Assembly (NCBI GenBank): GCA_964016885.1
Contig: OZ024741.1
Location: 31,868,001-31,932,000 of the forward strand
DNA: 64,000 bases
Direction of reading: 5' to 3'
Source: Eledone cirrhosa
Lineage: Eukaryota
The translations under genes were made by a program, and so were the position numbers. The notes under the pieces are model-generated. The model saw only the letters and a program-made list of their open reading frames with translations. It was not told the DNA's origin and searched no databases. Positions 51,001 through 64,000 of the stretch are shown one piece after another. Positions within the stretch are counted from its first letter, which is position 1. Each line of letters opens with the position of its first letter.

Positions 51001-54000
51001 TCGTCAAGATACCTCACTCTGACACCAACACCAGTATCGTCAAGATATCTCACTCTGACACCAACACCAGTATCGTCAAGATACCTCACTCTGACACCAT
51101 CACCAGTATCGTCAAGATACCTCACCCTGACACCAACACCAGTATCGTCAAGATACCTCACTCTGACACCAACCCCAGTATCGTCAAGATACCTCACTCT
51201 GACACCAAAACCAGTATCGTCAAGATACCTTACTCTGACACCAACACCAGTATCGTCAAGATACCTCAGTCTGACACCAACACCAGTATCGTCAAGATAC
51301 CTCACCCTGACACCAACACCAGTATCGTCAAGATACCTCACCCTGACACCAACACCAGTATCGTCAAGATACCTCACTCTGACACCAACACCAGTATCGT
51401 CAAGATACCTCACTCTGACAACATCACCAATATAGTCAAGATACCTCAGTCTGACAACATCACCAGTATCGTCAAGATATCTCACTCTGACACCAACACC
51501 AGTATCGTCAAGATACCTCACTCTGACACCAACACCAGTATCGTTAAGATACCTCACTCTGACACCAACACCAGTATCGTCAAGATACCTCACTCTGACA
51601 CCAACACCAGTATCGTCAAGATACCTCACTCTGACACCAACACCAGTATCGTTAAGATACCTCACTCTGACACCAACACCAGTATCGTCAAGATACCTCA
51701 CTCTGACACCAACACCAGTATCGTCAAGATACCTCACTCTGACAACATCACCAGTATCGTCAAGATACCTCACCCTGACACCAACACCAGTATCGTCAAG
51801 ATACCTCACCCTGACACCAACACCAGTATCGTCAAGATACCTCACCCTGACACCAACACCAGTATCGTCAAGATACCTCACTCTGACAACATCACCAGTA
51901 TCATCAGGATACCTCACCCTGACACCAACACCAGTATCGTCAAGATACCTCACCCTGACACCAACACCAGTATCGTCAAGATACCTCACTCTGACACCAA
52001 CACCAGTATCGTCAAGATATCTCACTCTGACACCAACACCAGTATCGTCAAGATACCTCACTCTGACACCATCACCAGTATCGTCAAGATACCTCACCCT
52101 GACACCAACACCAGTATCGTCAAGATACCTCACTCTGACACCAACCCCAGTATCGTCAAGATACCTCACTCTGACACCAAAACCAGTATCGTCAAGATAC
52201 CTTACTCTGACACCAACACCAGTATCGTCAAGATACCTCAGTCTGACACCAACACCAGTATCGTCAAGATACCTCACCCTGACACCAACACCAGTATCGT
52301 CAAGATACCTCACCCTGACACCAACACCAGTATCGTCAAGATACCTCACTCTGACACCAACACCAGTATCGTCAAGATACCTCACTCTGACAACATCACC
52401 AATATCGTCAAGATACCTCACTCTGACAACATCACCAATATCGTCAAAATACCTCACTCTGACAACATCACCAGTATCGTCAAGATATCTCACTCTGACA
52501 CCAACACCAGTATCGTCAAGATACCTCACTCTGACAACATCACCAGTATCGTCAGGATACCTCACTCTGACACCAACACCAGTATCGTCAAGATACCTCA
52601 CTCTGACAACACCACCAGTAACGTCAAGATACCTCACTCTGACACCAGCACCAGTATCGTCAAGATACCTCACTCTGACAAATTCACCAATATCGTCAAG
52701 ATACCTCACTCTGACACCAACACCAGTATCGTCAAGATACCTCACTCTGACAACATCACCAGTATCGTCAAGATACCTCACTCTGACACCAACACCAGTA
52801 TCGTCAAGATACCTCACTCTGACACCAACACCAGTATCGTCAAGATACCTCACTCTGACAACATCACCAATATCGTCAAGATACCTCACTCTGATACCAA
52901 CACCAGTATCGTCAAGATACCTCACTCTGACACCAACACCAGTATCGTCAAGATACCTCACTCTGACACCAACACCAGTATCGTCAAGATACCTCACTCT
53001 GACACCAACACCAGTATCGTCAAGATACCTCACCCTGACACCAACACCAGTATCGTCAAGATACCTCACTCTGACACCAACACCAGTATCGTCAAGATAC
53101 CTCACCCTGACACCAACACCAGTATCGTCAAGATACCTCACTCTGACACCAACACCAGTATCGTCAAGATACCTCACTCTGACAACATCACCAATATCGT
53201 CAAGATACCTCACTCTGACAACATCACCAGTATCGTCAAGATACCTCACTCTGACACCAACACCAGTATCGTCAAGATACCTCACTCTGACACCAACACC
53301 AGTATCGTCAAGATACCTCACTCTGACACCAACACCAGTATCGTCAAGATACCTCACTCTGACAACATCACCAATATCGTCAAGATACCTCACTCCGACA
53401 ACATCACCAATATCGTCAAGATACCTCACTCTGACAACATCACCAGTATGGTCAAGATACCTCACTCTGACACCAACACCAGTATCGTCAAGATACCTCA
53501 CTCTGACACCAACACCAGTATCGTCAAGATACCTCACTCTGACACCAACACCAGTATCGTCAAGATACCTCACTCTGACAACATCACCAATATCGTCAAG
53601 ATACCTCACTCTGACAACATCACCAATATCGTCAAGATACCTCACTACGACAACATCACCAATATCGTCAAGATACCTCACTCTGACAACATCACCAATA
53701 TCGTCAAGATACCTCACTCTGACACCAACACCAGTATCGTCAAGATACCTCACTCTAACAACATCACCAATATCGTCAAGATACCTCACTCTGACAACAT
53801 CACCAATATCGTCAAGATACCTCACTCTGACACCAACACCAGTATCGTCAAGATACCTCACTCTGACAACATCACCAATATCGTCAAGATACCTCACTCT
53901 GACAACATCACCAGTATCGTCAAGATACCTCACTCTGACACCAACACCAGTATCGTCAAGATATCTCACTCTGACAACAACACCAGTATCGTCAAGATAC

Positions 54001-57000
54001 CTCACTCTAACAACATCACCAGTATCGTCAGGATACCTCACTCTGACACCAACACCAGTATCGTCAGGTTACCTCACTCTGACACCAACACCAGTATCGT
54101 CAAGATACCTCACTCTGACACCAACACCAGTATCGTCAAGATACCTCATTCTGACACCAACACCAGTATCGTCAAGATACCTCACTCTGACAACATCACC
54201 AGTAACGTCAAGATACCTCACTCTGACACCAACACCAGTATCGTCAAGATACCTCACTCTGACAACATCACCAGTAACGTCAAGATACCTCACTCTGACA
54301 CCAACACCAGTATCGTCAAGATACCACACTCTGACACCAACACCAGTATCGTCAAGATACCTCACTCTGACACCAACACCAGTATCGTCAAGATACCTCA
54401 CTCTGACACCAACACCAGTATCGTCAAGATACCTCACTCTGACAACATCACCAGTATCGTCAAGATACCTCACCCTGACACCAACACCAGTATCGTCAAG
54501 ATACCTCACCCTGACACCAACACCAGTATCGTCAAGATACCTCACCCTGACACCAACACCAGTATCGTCAAGATACCTCACTCTGACAACATCACCAGTA
54601 TCATCAGGATACCTCACCCTGACACCAACACCAGTATCGTCAAGATACCTCACCCTGACACCAACACCAGTATCGTCAAGATACCTCACTCTGACACCAA
54701 CACCAGTATCGTCAAGATATCTCACTCTGACACCAACACCAGTATCGTCAAGATACCTCACTCTGACACCATCACCAGTATCGTCAAGATACCTCACCCT
54801 GACACCAACACCAGTATCGTCAAGATACCTCACTCTGACACCAACCCCAGTATCGTCAAGATACCTCACTCTGACACCAAAACCAGTATCGTCAAGATAC
54901 CTTACTCTGACACCAACACCAGTATCGTCAAGATACCTCAGTCTGACACCAACACCAGTATCGTCAAGATACCTCACCCTGACACCAACACCAGTATCGT
55001 CAAGATACCTCACCCTGACACCAACACCAGTATCGTCAAGATACCTCACTCTGACACCAACACCAGTATCGTCAAGATACCTCACTCTGACAACATCACC
55101 AATATCGTCAAGATACCTCACTCTGACAACATCACCAATATCGTCAAAATACCTCACTCTGACAACATCACCAGTATCGTCAAGATATCTCACTCTGACA
55201 CCAACACCAGTATCGTCAAGATACCTCACTCTGACAACATCACCAGTATCGTCAGGTTACCTCACTCTGACACCAACACCAGTATCGTCAAGATACCTCA
55301 CTCTGACACCAACACCAGTATCGTCAAGATACCTCATTCTGACACCAACACCAGTATCGTCAAGATACCTCACTCTGACAACATCACCAGTAACGTCAAG
55401 ATACCTCACTCTGACACCAACACCAGTATCGTCAAGATACCTCACTCTGACAACATCACCAGTAACGTCAAGATACCTCACTCTGACACCAACACCAGTA
55501 TCGTCAAGATACCACACTCTGACACCAACACCAGTATCGTCAAGATACCTCACTCTGACACCAACACCAGTATCGTCAAGATACCTCACTCTGACACCAA
55601 CACCAGTATCGTCAAGATACCTCACTCTGACAACATCACCAGTATCGTCAAGATACCTCACCCTGACACCAACACCAGTATCGTCAAGATACCTCACCCT
55701 GACACCAACACCAGTATCGTCAAGATACCTCACCCTGACACCAACACCAGTATCGTCAAGATACCTCACTCTGACAACATCACCAGTATCATCAGGATAC
55801 CTCACCCTGACACCAACACCAGTATCGTCAAGATACCTCACCCTGACACCAACACCAGTATCGTCAAGATACCTCACTCTGACACCAACACCAGTATCGT
55901 CAAGATATCTCACTCTGACACCAACACCAGTATCGTCAAGATACCTCACTCTGACACCATCACCAGTATCGTCAAGATACCTCACCCTGACACCAACACC
56001 AGTATCGTCAAGATACCTCACTCTGACACCAACCCCAGTATCGTCAAGATACCTCACTCTGACACCAAAACCAGTATCGTCAAGATACCTTACTCTGACA
56101 CCAACACCAGTATCGTCAAGATACCTCAGTCTGACACCAACACCAGTATCGTCAAGATACCTCACCCTGACACCAACACCAGTATCGTCAAGATACCTCA
56201 CCCTGACACCAACACCAGTATCGTCAAGATACCTCACTCTGACACCAACACCAGTATCGTCAAGATACCTCACTCTGACAACATCACCAATATCGTCAAG
56301 ATACCTCACTCTGACAACATCACCAATATCGTCAAAATACCTCACTCTGACAACATCACCAGTATCGTCAAGATATCTCACTCTGACACCAACACCAGTA
56401 TCGTCAAGATACCTCACTCTGACAACATCACCAGTATCGTCAGGATACCTCACTCTGACACCAACACCAGTATCGTCAAGATACCTCACTCTGACAACAC
56501 CACCAGTAACGTCAAGATACCTCACTCTGACACCAGCACCAGTATCGTCAAGATACCTCACTCTGACAAATTCACCAATATCGTCAAGATACCTCACTCT
56601 GACACCAACACCAGTATCGTCAAGATACCTCACTCTGACAACATCACCAGTATCGTCAAGATACCTCACTCTGACACCAACACCAGTATCGTCAAGATAC
56701 CTCACTCTGACACCAACACCAGTATCGTCAAGATACCTCACTCTGACAACATCACCAATATCGTCAAGATACCTCACTCTGATACCAACACCAGTATCGT
56801 CAAGATACCTCACTCTGACACCAACACCAGTATCGTCAAGATACCTCACTCTGACACCAACACCAGTATCGTCAAGATACCTCACTCTGACACCAACACC
56901 AGTATCGTCAAGATACCTCACCCTGACACCAACACCAGTATCGTCAAGATACCTCACTCTGACACCAACACCAGTATCGTCAAGATACCTCACCCTGACA

Positions 57001-60000
57001 CCAACACCAGTATCGTCAAGATACCTCACTCTGACACCAACACCAGTATCGTCAAGATACCTCACTCTGACAACATCACCAATATCGTCAAGATACCTCA
57101 CTCTGACAACATCACCAGTATCGTCAAGATACCTCACTCTGACACCAACACCAGTATCGTCAAGATACCTCACTCTGACACCAACACCAGTATCGTCAAG
57201 ATACCTCACTCTGACACCAACACCAGTATCGTCAAGATACCTCACTCTGACAACATCACCAATATCGTCAAGATACCTCACTCCGACAACATCACCAATA
57301 TCGTCAAGATACCTCACTCTGACAACATCACCAGTATGGTCAAGATACCTCACTCTGACACCAACACCAGTATCGTCAAGATACCTCACTCTGACACCAA
57401 CACCAGTATCGTCAAGATACCTCACTCTGACACCAACACCAGTATCGTCAAGATACCTCACTCTGACAACATCACCAATATCGTCAAGATACCTCACTCT
57501 GACAACATCACCAATATCGTCAAGATACCTCACTCCGACAACATCACCAATATCGTCAAGATACCTCACTCTGACAACATCACCAATATCGTCAAGATAC
57601 CTCACTCTGACACCAACACCAGTATCGTCAAGATACCTCACTCTAACAACATCACCAATATCGTCAAGATACCTCACTCTGACAACATCACCAATATCGT
57701 CAAGATACCTCACTCTGACACCAACACCAGTATCGTCAAGATACCTCACTCTGACAACATCACCAATATCGTCAAGATACCTCACTCTGACAACATCACC
57801 AGTATCGTCAAGATACCTCACTCTGACACCAACACCAGTATCGTCAAGATATCTCACTCTGACAACAACACCAGTATCGTCAAGATACCTCACTCTAACA
57901 ACATCACCAGTATCGTCAGGATACCTCACTCTGACACCAACACCAGTATCGTCAGGTTACCTCACTCTGACACCAACACCAGTATCGTCAAGATACCTCA
58001 CTCTGACACCAACACCAGTATCGTCAAGATACCTCATTCTGACACCAACACCAGTATCGTCAAGATACCTCACTCTGACAACATCACCAGTAACGTCAAG
58101 ATACCTCACTCTGACACCAACACCAGTATCGTCAAGATACCTCACTCTGACAACATCACCAGTAACGTCAAGATACCTCACTCTGACACCAACACCAGTA
58201 TCGTCAAGATACCTCACTCTGACACCAACACCAGTATCGTTAAGATACCTCACTCTGACACCAACACCAGTATCGTCAAGATACCTCACTCTGACACCAA
58301 CACCAGTATCGTCAAGATACCTCACTCTGACAACATCACCAGTAACGTCAAGATACCTCACTCTGACACCAACACCAGTATCGTCAAGATACCTCACTCT
58401 GATACCAACACCAGTATCGTCAAGATACCTCACTCTGACACCAACACCAGTATCGTCAAGATACCTCACTCTGACACCAACCCCAGTATCGTCAAGATAC
58501 CTCACTCTGACAACATCACCAATATCGTCAAGATACCTCACTCTGACACCAACACCAGTATCGTCAAGATACCTCGCTCTGACACCAACACCAGTATCGT
58601 CTGGATACCTCAGCCTGACACCAACACCAGTATCGTCAAATACCTCACTCTGACAACATCACCAGTATCATCAGGATACCTCACCCTGACACCAACACCA
58701 GTATCGTCAAGATACCTCACCCTGACACCAACACCAGTATCGTCAAGATACCTCACTTTGACAACATCACCAGTATCGTCAAGATACCTCACCCTGACAC
58801 CAACACCAGTATCGTCAAGATACCTCACTCTGACACCAATCCCAGTATCGTCAAGATACCTCACTCTGACAACATCACCAGTATCGTCAGGATACCTCAC
58901 TCTGACACCAACACCAGTATCGTCAAGATACCTAACTCTGACAACATCACCAGTAACGTCAAGATACCTCACTCTGACAACATCACCAATATCGTCAAGA
59001 TACCTCACTCTGACACCAACACCAGTATCGTCAAGATACCTCACTCTGACACCAACACCAGTATCGTCAAGATACCTCACTCTGACACCAACACCAGTAT
59101 CGTCAAGATACCTCACTCTGACACCAACACCAGTATCGTCAAGATACCTCACTCTGACAACATCACCAGTATCGTTAAGATACCTCACCCTGACACCAAC
59201 ACCAGTATCGTCAAGATACCTCACTCTGACACCAACACCAGTATCGTCAAGATACCTCACCCTGACACCAACACCAGTATCGTCAGCATACCTCACCCTG
59301 ACATCAACACCAGTATCGTCAGGATACCTCACTCTGACACCAACCCCAGTATCGTCAAGATACATAACTCTGACACCAACACCAGTATCGTCAAGATACC
59401 TCACTCTGACACCAACCCCAGTATCGTCAAGATACCTCACCCTGACACCAACACCAGTATCGTCAAGATACCTCACCCTGACACCAACACCAGTATCGTC
59501 AGGATACCTCACCCTGACATCAACACCAGTATCGTCAGGATACCTCACCCTGACATCAACACCAGTATCGTCAGGATACCTCACCCTGACATCAACACAA
59601 GTATCGTCAGGATACCTCACCCTGACATCAACACCAGTATCGTCAAGATACCTCACTCTGACACCAACACCAGTATCGTCAAGATACATAACTCTGACAC
59701 CAACACCAGTATCGTCAAGATACCTCACTCTGACACCAACACCAGTATCGTCAAGATACCTCACTCTGACACCAACACCAGTATCGTCAAGATACCTCAC
59801 TCTGACAACATCACCAATATCGTCAAGATACCTCACTCTGACACCAACACCAGTATCGTCAAGATACCTTACTCTGACACCAACACCAGTATCATCAAGA
59901 TACCTCACTCTGACAACATCACCAATATCGTCAAGATACCTCACTCTGACAACATCACCAATATCGTCAAGATACCTCACTCTGACAACATCACCAGTAT

Positions 60001-63000
60001 CGTCAAGATATCTCACTCTGACACCAACACCAGTATCGTCAAGATACCTCACTCTGACAACATCACCAGTATCGTCAGGATACCTCACTCTGACACCAAC
60101 ACCAGTATCGTCAAGATACCTCACTCTGACAACATCACCAGTAACGTCAAGATACCTCACTCTGACACCAACACCAGTATCGTCAAGATACCTCACTCTG
60201 ACAACATCACCAATATCGTCAAGATACCTCACTCTGACAACATCACCAGTATCGTCAAGATACCTCACTCTGACACCAACACCAGTATCGTCAAGATACC
60301 TCACTCTGACACCAACACCAGTATCGTCAAGATACCTCACTCTGACACCAACACCAGTATCGTCAAGATACCTCACCCTGACACCAACACCAGTACCGTC
60401 AAGATACCTCACCCTGACACCAACACCAGTATCGTCAAGGTACCTCACTCTGACACCAACACCAGTATCGTCAAGATACCTCACTCTGACACCAACAACA
60501 GTATCGTCAAGATACCTCACCCTGACACCAACACCAGTATCGTCAAGATACCTCACTCTGACACCAACACCAGTATCGTCAAGATACCTCACTCTGACAC
60601 CAACCCCAGTATCGTCAAGATACCTCACTCTGACAACATCACCAATATCGTCAAGATACCTCACTCTGACACCAACACCAGTATCGTCAAGATACCTCGC
60701 TCTGACACCAACACCAGTATCGTCTGGATACCTCAGCCTGACACCAACACCAGTATCGTCAAATACCTCACTCTGACAACATCACCAGTATCATCAGGAT
60801 ACCTCACCCTGACACCAACACCAGTATCGTCAAGATACCTCACCCTGACACCAACACCAGTATCGTCAAGATACCTCACTTTGACAACATCACCAGTATC
60901 GTCAAGATACCTCACCCTGACACCAACACCAGTATCGTCAAGATACCTCACTCTGACACCAATCCCAGTATCGTCAAGATACCTCACTCTGACAACATCA
61001 CCAGTATCGTCAGGATACCTCACTCTGACACCAACACCAGTATCGTCAAGATACCTCACTCTGACAACATCACCAGTAACGTCAAGATACCTCACTCTGA
61101 CAACATCACCAATATCGTCAAGATACCTCACTCTGACACCAACACCAGTATCGTCAAGATACCTCACTCTGACACCAACACCAGTATCGTCAAGATACCT
61201 CACTCTGACACCAACACCAGTATCGTCAAGATACCTCACTCTGACACCAACACCAGTATCGTCAAGATACCTCACTCTGACAACATCACCAGTATCGTTA
61301 AGATACCTCACCCTGACACCAACACCAGTATCGTCAAGATACCTCACTCTGACACCAACACCAGTATCGTCAAGATACCTCACCCTGACACCAACACCAG
61401 TATCGTCAGCATACCTCACCCTGACATCAACACCAGTATCGTCAGGATACCTCACTCTGACACCAACCCCAGTATCGTCAAGATACATAACTCTGACACC
61501 AACACCAGTATCGTCAAGATACCTCACTCTGACACCAACCCCAGTATCGTCAAGATACCTCACCCTGACACCAACACCAGTATCGTCAAGATACCTCACC
61601 CTGACACCAACACCAGTATCGTCAGGATACCTCACCCTGACATCAACACCAGTATCGTCAGGATACCTCACCCTGACATCAACACCAGTATCGTCAGGAT
61701 ACCTCACCCTGACATCAACACAAGTATCGTCAGGATACCTCACCCTGACATCAACACCAGTATCGTCAAGATACCTCACTCTGACACCAACACCAGTATC
61801 GTCAAGATACATAACTCTGACACCAACACCAGTATCGTCAAGATACCTCACTCTGATACCAACACCAGTATCGTCAAGATACCTCACTCTGACACCAACA
61901 CCAGTATCGTCAAGATACCTCACTCTGACACCAACACCAGTATCGTCAAGATACCTCACTCTGACACCAACACCAGTATCGTCAAGATACCTCACCCTGA
62001 CACCAACACCAGTATCGTCAAGATACCTCACTCTGACACCAACACCAGTATCGTCAAGATACCTCACCCTGACACCAACACCAGTATCGTCAAGATACCT
62101 CACTCTGACACCAACACCAGTATCGTCAAGATACCTCACTCTGACAACATCACCAATATCGTCAAGATACCTCACTCTGACAACATCACCAGTATCGTCA
62201 AGATACCTCACTCTGACACCAACACCAGTATCGTCAAGATACCTCACTCTGACACCAACACCAGTATCGTCAAGATACCTCACTCTGACACCAACACCAG
62301 TATCGTCAAGATACCTCACTCTGACACCAACACCAGTATCGTCAAGATACCTCACCCTGACACCAACACCAGTACCGTCAAGATACCTCACCCTGACACC
62401 AACACCAGTATCGTCAAGGTACCTCACTCTGACACCAACACCAGTATCGTCAAGATACCTCACTCTGACACCAACAACAGTATCGTCAAGATACCTCACC
62501 CTGACACCAACACCAGTATCGTCAAGATACCTCACTCTGACACCAACACCAGTATCGTCAAGATACCTCACTCTGACACCAACACCAGTATCGTCAAGAT
62601 ACCTCACTCTGACACCAACACCAGTATCGTCAAGATACCTCACTCTGACAACATCACCAATATCGTCAAGATACCTCACTCTGACACCAACACCAGTATC
62701 GTCAAGATACCTTACTCTGACACCAACACCAGTATCATCAAGATACCTCACTCTGACAACATCACCAATATCGTCAAGATACCTCACTCTGACAACATCA
62801 CCAATATCGTCAAGATACCTCACTCTGACAACATCACCAGTATCGTCAAGATATCTCACTCTGACACCAACACCAGTATCGTCAAGATACCTCACTCTGA
62901 CAACATCACCAGTATCGTCAGGATACCTCACTCTGACACCAACACCAGTATCGTCAAGATACCTCACTCTGACAACATCACCAGTAACGTCAAGATACCT

Positions 63001-64000
63001 CACTCTGACACCAACACCAGTATCGTCAAGATACCTCACTCTGACAACATCACCAATATCGTCAAGATACCTCACTCTGACAACATCACCAGTATCGTCA
63101 AGATACCTCACTCTGACACCAACACCAGTATCGTCAAGATACCTCACTCTGACACCAACACCAGTATCGTCAAGATACCTCACTCTGACACCAACACCAG
63201 TATCGTCAAGATACCTCACCCTGACACCAACACCAGTACCGTCAAGATACCTCACCCTGACACCAACACCAGTATCGTCAAGGTACCTCACTCTGACACC
63301 AACACCAGTATCGTCAAGATACCTCACTCTGACACCAACAACAGTATCGTCAAGATACCTCACCCTGACACCAACACCAGTATCGTCAAGATACCTCACT
63401 CTGACACCAACACCAGTATCGTCAAGATACCTCACTCTGACACCAACCCCAGTATCGTCAAGATACCTCACTCTGACAACATCACCAATATCGTCAAGAT
63501 ACCTCACTCTGACACCAACACCAGTATCGTCAAGATACCTCGCTCTGACACCAACACCAGTATCGTCTGGATACCTCAGCCTGACACCAACACCAGTATC
63601 GTCAAATACCTCACTCTGACAACATCACCAGTATCATCAGGATACCTCACCCTGACACCAACACCAGTATCGTCAAGATACCTCACCCTGACACCAACAC
63701 CAGTATCGTCAAGATACCTCACTTTGACAACATCACCAGTATCGTCAAGATACCTCACCCTGACACCAACACCAGTATCGTCAAGATACCTCACTCTGAC
63801 ACCAATCCCAGTATCGTCAAGATACCTCACTCTGACAACATCACCAGTATCGTCAGGATACCTCACTCTGACACCAACACCAGTATCGTCAAGATACCTC
63901 ACTCTGACAACATCACCAGTAACGTCAAGATACCTCACTCTGACAACATCACCAATATCGTCAAGATACCTCACTCTGACACCAACACCAGTATCGTCAA
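39062..64000. repeat. 36-bp tandem satellite, consensus CTGACACCAACACCAGTATCGTCAAGATACCTCACT, about 690 units, running off the window end
   Basis: Continuous 36-nt periodicity; internal inverted repeat GTATC-gtcaa-GATAC; two main monomer types (CACCAACACC and CAACATCACC). Confidence 0.98.

Noticed and set aside
39033-63974. Giant ORFs (up to 2442 aa) as real genes
   Set aside because: Explained by a stop-free 36-bp unit; no unique domains, and stop and frameshift variants are propagated. Kept only as a testable finding.
39062-64000. CRISPR array (36-bp repeat with internal palindrome)
   Set aside because: Units are head-to-tail with no unique spacers, there are no cas genes, and the context is eukaryotic.

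Overview
Eukaryotic, AT-rich, repeat-dominated DNA with no recognisable host gene. The SINE and LINE repertoire suggests a cephalopod such as Octopus (inference). 0.2-3.7 kb: RTE-clade LINE with one frameshift, three C-terminal C2H2 zinc fingers and a strong predicted pseudoknot at its 5' end. 4.1-10 kb: apparently intact Tx1/L1-clade LINE (ORF1 and ORF2) flanked on both sides by (ATT)n and possibly nested in the RTE 3' UTR. 10.9-28 kb: stack of Penelope-like elements (PLE, Naiad-type RT plus GIY-YIG) and small non-coding fold-back modules, mostly separated by (AT)n tracts. These carry about nine type I hammerhead ribozyme motifs, including a U3-A8 covariant core and long stem II forms. 28-32 kb: simple-sequence tracts. 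32-38 kb: decayed Tx1 and R4/Dong-like LINEs and tRNA-derived SINEs. 39-64 kb: at least 25 kb of a 36-bp hairpin-containing satellite (about 690 units) with higher-order duplications and long repeat-derived ORFs. All calls are by eye; no searches or folding programs were run.
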